From: an uncultured bacterium
Lineage (GTDB): Bacteria > Planctomycetota > UBA1135 > UBA2386
DNA length: 64,000 nucleotides
Direction of reading: 5' to 3'
NCBI GenBank assembly: GCA_937906475.1
Contig: CALCZA010000113.1
Coordinates: 12,980-76,979, forward strand
A program made the position numbers and the translations under genes. The notes under the pieces were generated by a model. It did not search any database. It worked only from the letters and a program-made list of their open reading frames with translations, and had not been told where the DNA came from. This document shows, piece after piece, positions 28,490 to 37,319 of this stretch. How positions within the stretch are numbered: position 1 is the first letter of the stretch; every line of letters begins with the position of its first letter.

Positions 28490-29275
28490 TCAGGCGGTAG
28501 CGGTCAGGCGTTGCAGGTAGGAGTCGTAGTCTTCGCGCGTCTCGATACCCCAAGGGTTACCTTGGGCATCAAGCACGTGCATTTGGATGTCGTTTTCGAG
28601 GAAGCGCAGTTGCTCGAGACTTTCGGTTTCGGCGAGTCCGCTACTCGGCAGGCCGGGAATGCGCAGCAGGGTGTCGCGCGCGAATCCGTAAACGCCGATG
28701 TGACGAAGGATCGGGAAGGCCTGACCTCTCATCGATGATCCAGCCGGCATCGAAGACCGATCTGTGGCCAGGGCTCCGTGCGGAATTGCTTGGCGGCTAA
28801 AATACAGCGCCTTGCCATTACCGCCGCGCACGACCTTGACGACGTTCGGGTTGCGAACCGTCGTCTGGTCGGTCAGTTCGGCGCACAGTGTGTTGCACTG
28901 CGATTCGCCGTCGAGCAGTTGCGCGACCAGCGACTCCAGGTCGGATGGCGCAACTTCGGGCCAGTCGCCTTGGATGTCGAGGACGGCGCCGCAATCGATC
29001 TGCTGCGCGGCTTCGGCGCAGCGCTCGCTACCGGTGCGGCAGGCCTTGCTGGTGCGAACGACTTCATAGCCGCTTCGCTTGGCCGCCGCTTCGACGTCGT
29101 CATCGTCGGTCGCGACGCAAACGAGGTCGATGTTCTGCGCCTTCTTCGCTTGGTCGCACGTGTGCAGGAACAGCTCTTGACCGCTTTCCTTCAGCAAGGC
29201 TTTGCCAGGTAGGCGTTGGCTGCCGACGCGCACGGGAATGATGGCCAGTGCCTGGATGTTGGCGGGCCGGCTCAC
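28490..29275 (-). CDS. kdsB: 3-deoxy-manno-octulosonate cytidylyltransferase (CMP-Kdo synthetase)
   Basis: AIIPVRVGSQRLPGKAL at the N-terminus with a CMP-Kdo synthetase-like layout. It abuts the pyrG start with no gap. Confidence 0.8.
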   Translation of the reverse strand: MSRPANIQALAIIPVRVGSQRLPGKALLKESGQELFLHTCDQAKKAQNIDLVCVATDDDDVEAAAKRSGYEVVRTSKACRTGSERCAEAAQQIDCGAVLDIQGDWPEVAPSDLESLVAQLLDGESQCNTLCAELTDQTTVRNPNVVKVVRGGNGKALYFSRQAIPHGALATDRSSMPAGSSMRGQAFPILRHIGVYGFARDTLLRIPGLPSSGLAETESLEQLRFLENDIQMHVLDAQGNPWGIETREDYDSYLQRLTATA

Positions 29276-29895
29276 CTCTGTCTCTCCTGACGACCGCCGC
29301 TGGCTTCGCCTTCCTTGAGCTTCTGCAGCTCTTTTTGGCGGCGTAGCAGTTCCTTCTCTGTCAAGAACGTTGGATACCTGCCGTCGGCGCTGCTCGGGCC
29401 CGTGTGGTAGGCCGTGCTGCCGTTATAGAGCGACAGGAAGTAGGTGCGTGCCTTGTTGAACGCTTGTTCGCGCGGATCGACAAAGCTGCCGCGGCGAACC
29501 CAGTACCAAGTCTTGCCGTTTTGCTCGAGCCGCAACACGTCGCGCGCGTTGCCGGGCACGCTCGGGATGCTCAATTCGAACAGCTTGTCGGCCGTGAAGA
29601 CGTCGAGCAGCGCCTGCAGTTGGGCGTCGGGAACGACCTTGCTGAGCTGGTCCGCCGCGCCGCTGTAGATCTCGTTCGGATTACCGCTGCTGTCGTTGCG
29701 CAGCGTGAGCTTGGGGCCCTTTCGCGAGATCAGCGCAAACACCGAGGTTTCCCCGGGTTCAACGACCAGGCTTCGGGGGAGCGCGCTGCATCCTGCGAGC
29801 ACTGTGGCGAGCACTGTGGCGCAGATTAGCAGCGAAATCCGGACCGAGAGAGGGGCAACCATTCCGGACCCCGAGCTTATCGAGGCGCGTGACAA
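29272..29895 (-). CDS. Hypothetical lipoprotein
   Basis: Signal peptide with the lipobox LAGC (ICATVLATVLAGCSAL). It overlaps the kdsB start by 4 nt. Confidence 0.55.
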   Translation of the reverse strand: MSRASISSGSGMVAPLSVRISLLICATVLATVLAGCSALPRSLVVEPGETSVFALISRKGPKLTLRNDSSGNPNEIYSGAADQLSKVVPDAQLQALLDVFTADKLFELSIPSVPGNARDVLRLEQNGKTWYWVRRGSFVDPREQAFNKARTYFLSLYNGSTAYHTGPSSADGRYPTFLTEKELLRRQKELQKLKEGEASGGRQERQR

Positions 29896-30057
29896 AGACC
29901 ACTTCGCCTTTCAAAGGATCCGGTCAAAGGCGTCGACGTTTGTGTCTCGCGGCGGTTTCGGAAGGCGCTTCGCGCGAGCCGTCCGCTGTTGATAATCACA
30001 TCGAACTTTCCACAACACCTTGCTTCGGTAGTCACCGCCAATCCATGCCGCCCATGC

Positions 30058-30324
30058 TCAATAACGCAAGTGGTGGTTTCCCAGGCGGTAGAGCTTGGCG
30101 ACGACCTGCACCTGGTGCTTCTTGCCCTTCAGGTCGACTTGCCAGTTCGCGACATACAGATTGATGCGGCGGGACTTGTCGTTGGTCACCATCGAGAAGC
30201 AGACCAGTGGTCCCGCGTCGCGCGTGATTTCGATCTGTTTTTCAGCCTGCACGGCGCTGTCGAGGTTCGTCAGCAGCACGGGGATAGTCGGATTCGGCCC
30301 GTTGGCAGGGGACGTCGAAGCCAT
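30058..30324 (-). CDS. Hypothetical small beta-rich protein (88 aa)
   Basis: An internal Met (30324) of the listed 180-aa ORF gives MASTSPANGPNPTIPVLLTNLDSAVQAEKQIEITRDAGPLVCFSMVTNDKSRRINLYVANWQVDLKGKKHQVQVVAKLYRLGNHHLRY. GC3 is high and the composition is protein-like. The upstream part of the listed ORF is Arg-rich junk. Confidence 0.4.
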   Translation of the reverse strand: MASTSPANGPNPTIPVLLTNLDSAVQAEKQIEITRDAGPLVCFSMVTNDKSRRINLYVANWQVDLKGKKHQVQVVAKLYRLGNHHLRY

Positions 30325-30472
30325 TGGAGCACGGCGTGATACGTGCCGTCGCAGTCGGCTCCGGTGGTGCCGTAACCTCGTTGTTAATAGCCATTCAGCT
30401 AGCATCGCTATTGGGTCGAATGTTGTTCTGGGCGGATTCTCGCCTGTCGCTCGCCTTAGCCTTATCGCAGTC

Positions 30473-33400
30473 ATGCCACCCCGCCCCTTCCGCAAAGTTC
30501 TCTGTGCTAACCGCGGTGAAATTGCGATCCGGGTGTTCCGCGCTTGTGCCGAACTCGGCATTCGCACGGTGGCCGTGTTTAGCGAGGAAGACCAGACCAA
30601 TCAGCATCGCTATAAGGCGGACGAGAGTTATCTGGTCGGGAAGGGCAAGGGCGCGGTCGCTGCATACCTCAGCGGCGATGAGATCATCGAGATCGCGAAG
30701 AAAGCCGATGTCGATGCGATTCACCCCGGCTATGGGTTCTTGTCGGAGAACGACGAGTTCGCCGCCGCGGTTCGGGCCGCAGGTATTGCGTTTATCGGTC
30801 CGAATGCAGACGTCATCAAGGGACTCGGGGACAAGGTCGAGGCTCGCAAGATGGCCGAGCAGTTGTCGGTGCCGTGTGTGCCTGGCATGGAGTTGCCGGT
30901 TGATGAGCAGCAGGCGTTCGTGGCTGCCGAGAAGTTCTTCGAAGAGCACGGCACGACGATCTTTAAGGCGGCGCACGGTGGTGGTGGGCGTGGCATGCGT
31001 GTCGTCAAACACAAAAAAGACGTTGCGACTCTGCTGCAACAGGCGCGAAGTGAGTCGCAGGCGGCGTTCGGCAGTCCGGTAGTTTTCGTCGAGAAGTTCC
31101 TGCTCAAGGTGCGCCACATCGAAGTGCAGGTGATCGGTGACCTCTACGGCAACGTCGTGCACTTGTGCGAGCGCGATTGCTCAGTGCAACGTCGCCACCA
31201 GAAGGTCGTCGAGATTGCGCCGGCGCCGAACTTGTTGCAAAAAACGCGCGACGCTCTGTATGCGGATTCGTTGCGCCTTGCCAAGCATGCCGGCTACCAC
31301 AATGCGGGCACGTTCGAGTTCTTAGTCGCCGACGAACAGCACTACTTCATCGAAGTGAACCCGCGCTTGCAGGTTGAGCACACGGTGACCGAGCAGATCA
31401 CCGGCATCGACTTGGTGCAGGCGCAACTGCGCGTCGAACAAGGTTATGCCCTCGATAGCGACATCGTTGGTCTTGGCGATCAGGACGCGATCAAGCCACT
31501 CGGCTACGCGATCCAGTGCCGGATCACGACCGAGGATCCGCAAAACGACTTTCTGCCGGATACTGGCACGATCATGGCCTACCGCTCACCGGGCGGCTTT
31601 GGTTTGCGCCTCGATGGTGGCGACAGCATGGCTGGCATGACTGTCGGCGGGCACTACGACTCATTGCTGGTGAAGTGCATCACGTTCGCCAAGACGCTGG
31701 AGAAGGCGGCGCAAAAGGGTGTGCGGGCACTACGCGAATTTCGAATCCGCGGTGTGAAGACCAACCTCGCGTTCTTGAGCAACGTGCTAAGCCACGAGAG
31801 TTTCCTGAAGGGGGTGACTTGGACCCGCTTCCTTGATGAGACCCCGGAACTGTTCGAGATTAAGCCAGGTCGTGACCGAGCTAGCAAGCTGCTGAATTAC
31901 CTGGCTGACGTGATCATTAACGGCCACCCGACCGTGCCCGCACAGTTGCGGTTGTCGTCGGCGAAGATGATTACACCGACGCTGCCGGTCGTTCCCAGTG
32001 GTAAGCCGCCATCGGGCACTGCGCAAATACTTGATGAAGGTGGGCCGGCTGCAGTGGTCGAGTGGATCAAACGACAGAGCAAGCCGTTGTTGACCGATAC
32101 GACGATGCGTGATGCGCACCAGTCGTTGTTGGCAACGCGCATGCGCACCAAGGACATGGTGGCGGTCGCACCAGCGATGGCGCATGTCGCACACGAACTG
32201 TTCTCGTTCGAGACGTGGGGTGGCGCGACCTTCGATGTCGCGTATAGGTTCCTCAACGAGGATCCATGGGAGCGTTTGATCAAGCTCAAGAGCGCGATCC
32301 CGAACGTGCTGCACCAGATGCTGCTGCGTGGCGCCAACGCAGTTGGCTACACCAGCTATCCGCAGAACGTTGTCGAAGGGTTCATCGATCAGGCCGCCGA
32401 GTGTGGCGTCGATGTGTTCCGAATCTTCGACAGCCTCAACGATCTCGACTCGATGCAGGTGTCGGTGCAGCGCGTTATCAAGACGGGCAAGATCGCCGAA
32501 GTGGCGGTCTGCTACACCGGCGATGTCGATAACCCGGCGCGGACGAAATACTCGCTCGATTACTACATCGAACTGGCCAAGCGCATTGAAGACCTTGGCG
32601 CGCACATTCTGTGCGTTAAGGATATGGCTGGCTTGTTGCGCCCGCAGGCCGCACGCACGTTGATCTCCAAGCTGCGCGAAGTGACTGATCTGCCGATCCA
32701 CTTGCACATGCACGATACGTCAGGCAATGGCGTCGCTACCTATATGGCGGCGATCGAGTGCGGCGTGCACATCGTCGACACGGCGTTGTCATCGATGGCT
32801 GGCTTGACGTCGCAACCGAGCATGAACGCGTTGATCGCCGCGCTGCGCGGCCACGAACGCGAGACCAAGCTGACCAACCGTGACATGCAACCGCTGGCCG
32901 ATTACTGGGAAGGCGTGCGCGAGTTCTATGAGCCGTTCGAGTGCGGTCTCAGGAGCAGCACCAGTGAGGTCTACTACCACGAGATCCCTGGCGGCCAATA
33001 CTCCAACCTGCGACCGCAGGTGGCATCGCTCGGCCTGATTGATCGTTGGTCGGACGTCCGCCATGCATTCGCCGTCGTCAACCAACTCGTCGGCGACATC
33101 CCGAAGGTCACGCCGTCGTCAAAGATGGTCGGCGACTTCGCGATCTTCCTGGTGCAGAACGACTTGCTTGAGATGCGCGGCAACCTGGCAACCTCGGTCG
33201 AAGCGACCAAGCAGAAGGTGTTGATGGAGTCTAAGCACGTCGACTTCCCGCAGAGCGTCGTGACGTACTTTCAGGGCTACCTCGGCCAGCCGCCGGGCGG
33301 CTTCCCCGCGGACCTTCGCGCGGCGGTGCTCAAGGGTGAACCGGTGCTGTCGGGTCGGCCGAGTGACGGCATGGAGCCATTCGACTTTGAGGCCGCCAAG

Positions 33401-33970
33401 GAACACTGCGCAGCTCGCATGAATCGAGCGCCGCAGAATCGCGACATCGTCAGCTACGCGCTCTATCCGCGGGTGCTCGATGACTACTTCGCGTTCCGCA
33501 ATCGCTGCAGCGATGTGTCGCTGTTGCCCACGCCGGTCTACTTCTACGGCCTCGATATAGGCCAGGAAGTCTGGGTCGAACTCGAACGCGGCAAGGCGCT
33601 GTTGGTTTCGTTGGACGCGCGCAGTGAACCGGATGACGAAGGCATGGTGACGGTCTACTTCAAGCTCAACGGCCAGAACCGTCAGGTTGTCGTGCTAGAC
33701 CGTTCGCTCGAGGGCGAAGTGGTGACGCGCCGCCGTGCCGATGCGAATAAGCCAAGCGATGTTGGATCGCCGATGCCCGGCAGCGTGATTGCGCTGCACG
33801 TTGCCGAAGGTGCTGAGGTCGCAGAGGGTGATCCGGTCTTGACGCTCGAGGCGATGAAGATGGAGACCATCGTGCGGGCCACTTGCAGCGGCACCATTCG
33901 AGAACTGTGCACCGATGTTGGTGCTGCCGTGCAGGCAGATGACCTACTGGTCGTCATCGAAGCCCAATAG
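30473..33970 (+). CDS. pyc: Pyruvate carboxylase (single-chain)
   Basis: The start at 30473 gives MPPRPFRKVLCANRGEIAIRVFRA. Biotin carboxylase motif GGGGRGMRVV, carboxyltransferase motif DTTMRDAHQS and biotinylation motif EAMKME. The listed 126-aa N-terminal extension is not protein-like. Confidence 0.95.
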   Translation: MPPRPFRKVLCANRGEIAIRVFRACAELGIRTVAVFSEEDQTNQHRYKADESYLVGKGKGAVAAYLSGDEIIEIAKKADVDAIHPGYGFLSENDEFAAAVRAAGIAFIGPNADVIKGLGDKVEARKMAEQLSVPCVPGMELPVDEQQAFVAAEKFFEEHGTTIFKAAHGGGGRGMRVVKHKKDVATLLQQARSESQAAFGSPVVFVEKFLLKVRHIEVQVIGDLYGNVVHLCERDCSVQRRHQKVVEIAPAPNLLQKTRDALYADSLRLAKHAGYHNAGTFEFLVADEQHYFIEVNPRLQVEHTVTEQITGIDLVQAQLRVEQGYALDSDIVGLGDQDAIKPLGYAIQCRITTEDPQNDFLPDTGTIMAYRSPGGFGLRLDGGDSMAGMTVGGHYDSLLVKCITFAKTLEKAAQKGVRALREFRIRGVKTNLAFLSNVLSHESFLKGVTWTRFLDETPELFEIKPGRDRASKLLNYLADVIINGHPTVPAQLRLSSAKMITPTLPVVPSGKPPSGTAQILDEGGPAAVVEWIKRQSKPLLTDTTMRDAHQSLLATRMRTKDMVAVAPAMAHVAHELFSFETWGGATFDVAYRFLNEDPWERLIKLKSAIPNVLHQMLLRGANAVGYTSYPQNVVEGFIDQAAECGVDVFRIFDSLNDLDSMQVSVQRVIKTGKIAEVAVCYTGDVDNPARTKYSLDYYIELAKRIEDLGAHILCVKDMAGLLRPQAARTLISKLREVTDLPIHLHMHDTSGNGVATYMAAIECGVHIVDTALSSMAGLTSQPSMNALIAALRGHERETKLTNRDMQPLADYWEGVREFYEPFECGLRSSTSEVYYHEIPGGQYSNLRPQVASLGLIDRWSDVRHAFAVVNQLVGDIPKVTPSSKMVGDFAIFLVQNDLLEMRGNLATSVEATKQKVLMESKHVDFPQSVVTYFQGYLGQPPGGFPADLRAAVLKGEPVLSGRPSDGMEPFDFEAAKEHCAARMNRAPQNRDIVSYALYPRVLDDYFAFRNRCSDVSLLPTPVYFYGLDIGQEVWVELERGKALLVSLDARSEPDDEGMVTVYFKLNGQNRQVVVLDRSLEGEVVTRRRADANKPSDVGSPMPGSVIALHVAEGAEVAEGDPVLTLEAMKMETIVRATCSGTIRELCTDVGAAVQADDLLVVIEAQ

Positions 33971-34080
33971 AAAGAGGCCCGCAGGTCGAATTGTCGCGGC
34001 AGGCCCTTCGTGAGTGGGTGATTCGTCCGGCGAGAATCGTGCGGCCGAGCAAGTCGCGTTGCAGGCCTTCAGGAGTCGGC

Positions 34081-35406
34081 CTATTCCGGTTGGTCCGGCG
34101 CGTTTGGCGGTCGTTGCACCGCTCGCGCACCACCTGCCATCAGGCGGCCAAGGATTGCTGGCGAAGCCTGGATCTCCATCAGGCAGCCGTCCTCGGTATA
34201 GAACTCCGACAGCACAGTTGCTCGTGTACGGATCTCTGCGTGCAGCGCGCCAGCAGTGTGTGGCAGTAGTAACTCGACGCGGTTCTCCACGGCGGCGAGG
34301 TGGTTCTGGATCGAAGTCATCACTACGGGCAGGCCTTCACCATCCTGAACCGAAACGGCGATTGCGTGCGGGTCGATGCGCCACAGAGGCGCAAGGGTCG
34401 CGCGGTCTTCGACGAGGTCGAGTTTGTTCAGCACCGTGAGGCGCGGCAGATTGTCGGCCTTGAGCGTGCTGAGTACCTCGTCGACCGCGGTTAGTTGCTC
34501 GGCGGCTTCACTGGAACTACCGTCGACGAGCACTAGCAGAAGGTCCGCGTGCAGCGCTTCTTCGAGGGTGGCGTGGAAGCTGGCAACCAGTTGGTGCGGT
34601 AGTTTGCGTAGGAACCCGACGGTGTCAGTCAGCAGAACGGTCCGTCCACCTGGCAGGCGCCACGGCCTGGTACGGGTGTCGAGCGTCGAGAATAGCTTGT
34701 TCTCTGCGAGCACCCCGGCGTCGGTTAGGCGGTTCATCAACGATGACTTGCCGGCGTTGGTGTAGCCAACCAGTGCCACCGTGAACAAGTCGGGGCGAGC
34801 CTGCACGGCGCGCACCTTGTGTTGTTCGATACGTTTTAGGCCGCGGTTGACCGAGGCAATGCGCGTGCGCAGCAAGTTGCGGTCGACGTCGATCTGCTTC
34901 TCACCAGCACCACCGCGGATGCCAATACCGCCGCGTTGCCGTTCGAGGTGGGTCCAACGTCGTCGCAGTCGCGGCATTTCGTATTGCAGCGACGCGAGTT
35001 CGACTTGCATGCGAGCCTGCGGCGTGCGCGCGTGTGTGCCGAAAATCTGCAGGATCAACTCGCTGCGGTCCATGACGGGAACACCGACGGTGTTCTCGAT
35101 GTTGCGCATCTGGTTGGGGGTCAGCGAGTCATCGCAGATCACGCAACCGCTGTGCGCCAGTTTGACGACTTCGGCTAGTTCGGCGAGCTTGCCGGCACCG
35201 AGGTAGCCGTGCGCGTCGGGGATGCGGCGGTGCTGCACCATGCAGCCTGCGGGCACGAAGTCAGCTGTCTCCGCAAGTTGCTGCAGTTCGGACAGTGCTT
35301 CGGCCGCCGTGCGCGGATCGCCCGTCGGCATGATGCCGAACAGGATTGCTTCGGTGGCGTGGCCCTGGCGAGTGTCCAGGGTGCGGTCGTGAGGTTGTTC
35401 GCCCAA
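34081..35406 (-). CDS. hflX: GTPase HflX
   Basis: G1 GYTNAGKSSL, G3 DTVGF and G4 NKLD, with an HflX-type N-terminal domain. Confidence 0.9.
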   Translation of the reverse strand: MGEQPHDRTLDTRQGHATEAILFGIMPTGDPRTAAEALSELQQLAETADFVPAGCMVQHRRIPDAHGYLGAGKLAELAEVVKLAHSGCVICDDSLTPNQMRNIENTVGVPVMDRSELILQIFGTHARTPQARMQVELASLQYEMPRLRRRWTHLERQRGGIGIRGGAGEKQIDVDRNLLRTRIASVNRGLKRIEQHKVRAVQARPDLFTVALVGYTNAGKSSLMNRLTDAGVLAENKLFSTLDTRTRPWRLPGGRTVLLTDTVGFLRKLPHQLVASFHATLEEALHADLLLVLVDGSSSEAAEQLTAVDEVLSTLKADNLPRLTVLNKLDLVEDRATLAPLWRIDPHAIAVSVQDGEGLPVVMTSIQNHLAAVENRVELLLPHTAGALHAEIRTRATVLSEFYTEDGCLMEIQASPAILGRLMAGGARAVQRPPNAPDQPE

Positions 35407-35445
35407 GAATTGGTTGCGCGCCCAGATTTGCCCGGCGCAGTTTGG

Positions 35446-37170
35446 CTAAGCGTGGGTGCGGTCGGTCGGTTGTGACAGCGGTCCGTGGTTACTGCTTATT
35501 GCACCATCATCGGCGCGTTCTAGGAAGATGCGACGGCAGAAACGTTCGTCGTCACGCTGGTTGGCGTCGGTTCGGAAGTGCGTGCCGCGCGACTCCTCGC
35601 GCTGCAGGCCAGCCTCGGTGACGAGTGCGGCGACGGTCAGCATGTTGGCCAATTCGCAGGCGGCGCGGTTGGCTAGTTGGCCGCGAGTTAGATATTGGTG
35701 CCAGAATGCAATGCGGGCGCGTGCGTCGGCCATGCCTTCGGCTTCGCGACGCAGGCCAACCTGACGCCACATCAGTGACTTTAGGGCGTAAAGCAGGTCG
35801 TCGTGTAGCAGGCGTGGTGGGTCGGCGGCGAGTATCGGACCCGCGAGTTGACGCGGCAATCCGATTCGTGAGCGGGTGCGTTCTGCTTCCTGGGCTTCGC
35901 GGGCAGCGGCGCGACCACACTCACGGCCGATGACCGAGCCTTCGAGTAGCGAGTTGGACGCGAGTCGGTTCGCACCGTGAAGCCCCGAAGCCGCTGCTTC
36001 ACCGACCGCAAACAAGCCTGGCACGTTGGTGAGGCCCTCGGCGTTGGTGGCGGCGCCGCCGAGGAAGTAGTGGGCACCGGGACGCACCGGGATGGCATCC
36101 TTGGCTAGGTCCAGGTCGAACGTTGAGCAGATGCGCGCGATCGAGGGGAATAGTTCGTGCGGGTTGCCACGCACGCTACTCATGTCGAGGTAGACGTGCG
36201 TGTCGTTGGTGGCGACCATGCGTTCGAGGATCGCCCGGCTGACCACATCGCGCGGCGCGAGGTCGGCCATCGGGTGCATGCCCTCCATGACGCGGTCGCC
36301 GTTGCGGTCACGCAACACAGCGCCTGCACCGCGCACGACTTCGCTGATCAAAAAGCGCGAAGCACCGGCAATGTAGAGCGTGGTTGGGTGGAACTGCATG
36401 AACTCGCAGTCGGCGAGGCGCGCACCGGCGCGGAAGCACAACGCCTGACCGTCGCCGCTGGCGCCGGTCGGGTTGGTGGTCTCGCGATAGATCTGGCCGG
36501 TGCCGCCGGTCGCGACGACGATCGATGATGCTTCGATGGCGACTTCCATCGCTTCGTTGCGGCCGTTCTGCAGGCCCGCGGCGCCGACGCAGCGGCCGTC
36601 GCGCAGGATCAGGTCACGCACGAACACATGCGGGCGGATCGTGATGCGTGGGTGGGCCCGCAGCGCGTTGATCAAGGCACGCTGGATCTCGCGGCCAGTG
36701 GCGGCACCGTTTGAGTGCGCGACACGTGGGTGGGTGTGGCCGCCTTCGCGCGAAAGCTGCAGGGTGCCGTGCGCGTCACCGCTGTCGAGGTCGTGGCGGT
36801 CGAAGGCTGTGCCGAGTCCTTCGAGCCACGAGATTGCATCGGCGCCCCGTTCGACGACCGAGCGAACGATGTCTTCTTCGGCGATGCCGGCACCGACCCG
36901 CAGCGTGTCTTCGACGTGCTGCTCGATGCTGTCTTCTGGCAGTTGCACGACGGCGATGCCGCCTTGCGCCCAGGCGGTGTTGGTCTCGTCGAGTTCGTCC
37001 TTGGTGACGAGCAGCACCTCGGCGCCTTCATCAGCAGCAGCGAGGGCGGTCGCGGCGCCGGCGATGCCGGAGCCGATTACCAGCACGTCAGTTCGTAGGA
37101 GCGCGGTTGTGCGCAGGTCGAACGGGGCTAGTAGTCCCGTGAATCGTGGCGTTGCGAGTTGGGGGTTCAT
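35446..37170 (-). CDS. nadB: L-aspartate oxidase
   Basis: FAD motif VLVIGSGIAGAA. Succinate dehydrogenase/fumarate reductase flavoprotein-like core (HPTTLY, RFLISE, GANRLASNSLLE). Confidence 0.9.
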   Translation of the reverse strand: MNPQLATPRFTGLLAPFDLRTTALLRTDVLVIGSGIAGAATALAAADEGAEVLLVTKDELDETNTAWAQGGIAVVQLPEDSIEQHVEDTLRVGAGIAEEDIVRSVVERGADAISWLEGLGTAFDRHDLDSGDAHGTLQLSREGGHTHPRVAHSNGAATGREIQRALINALRAHPRITIRPHVFVRDLILRDGRCVGAAGLQNGRNEAMEVAIEASSIVVATGGTGQIYRETTNPTGASGDGQALCFRAGARLADCEFMQFHPTTLYIAGASRFLISEVVRGAGAVLRDRNGDRVMEGMHPMADLAPRDVVSRAILERMVATNDTHVYLDMSSVRGNPHELFPSIARICSTFDLDLAKDAIPVRPGAHYFLGGAATNAEGLTNVPGLFAVGEAAASGLHGANRLASNSLLEGSVIGRECGRAAAREAQEAERTRSRIGLPRQLAGPILAADPPRLLHDDLLYALKSLMWRQVGLRREAEGMADARARIAFWHQYLTRGQLANRAACELANMLTVAALVTEAGLQREESRGTHFRTDANQRDDERFCRRIFLERADDGAISSNHGPLSQPTDRTHA

Positions 37171-37274
37171 AACGCGATGCCACCGAAGTGGCGTCTGGAG
37201 GCGGTGGGGGCCTGGGAGGCCCGGCTCACCTTATCGTAGCTTAGCCCTGCCAGAGCGCAGCCCCGAAAGTCGGG

Positions 37275-37316
37275 GCCAGAGCCAGAGTCAGAGCCAGAAC
37301 CAGAGTCAGAGCCAGA
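37275..37316. repeat. Imperfect hexanucleotide tandem repeat (GCCAGA/GTCAGA/ACCAGA), 7 units
   Basis: Read directly: gccaga gccaga gtcaga gccaga accaga gtcaga gccaga. It sits between the secDF stop (37320) and the nadB start (37170). A GCCCCGA-AAG-TCGGGGC hairpin at 37260-37276 abuts it. Confidence 0.9.
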
Positions 37317-37319
37317 ACG

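Noticed and set aside
30095-30472. 126-aa N-terminal extension of pyc in the listed 1291-aa ORF. Analogous upstream extensions exist for trpS (47423), mlaD (44469), glmM (19772), nusG (58248), rplL (61062), the PLP enzyme (52821), mutS2 (52723) and DUF2161 (13371).
   Set aside because: The extensions are Cys/Arg/Ser-rich and overlap neighbouring genes or intergenic hairpins. Conserved N-termini begin at internal Met codons that I verified to be in frame.
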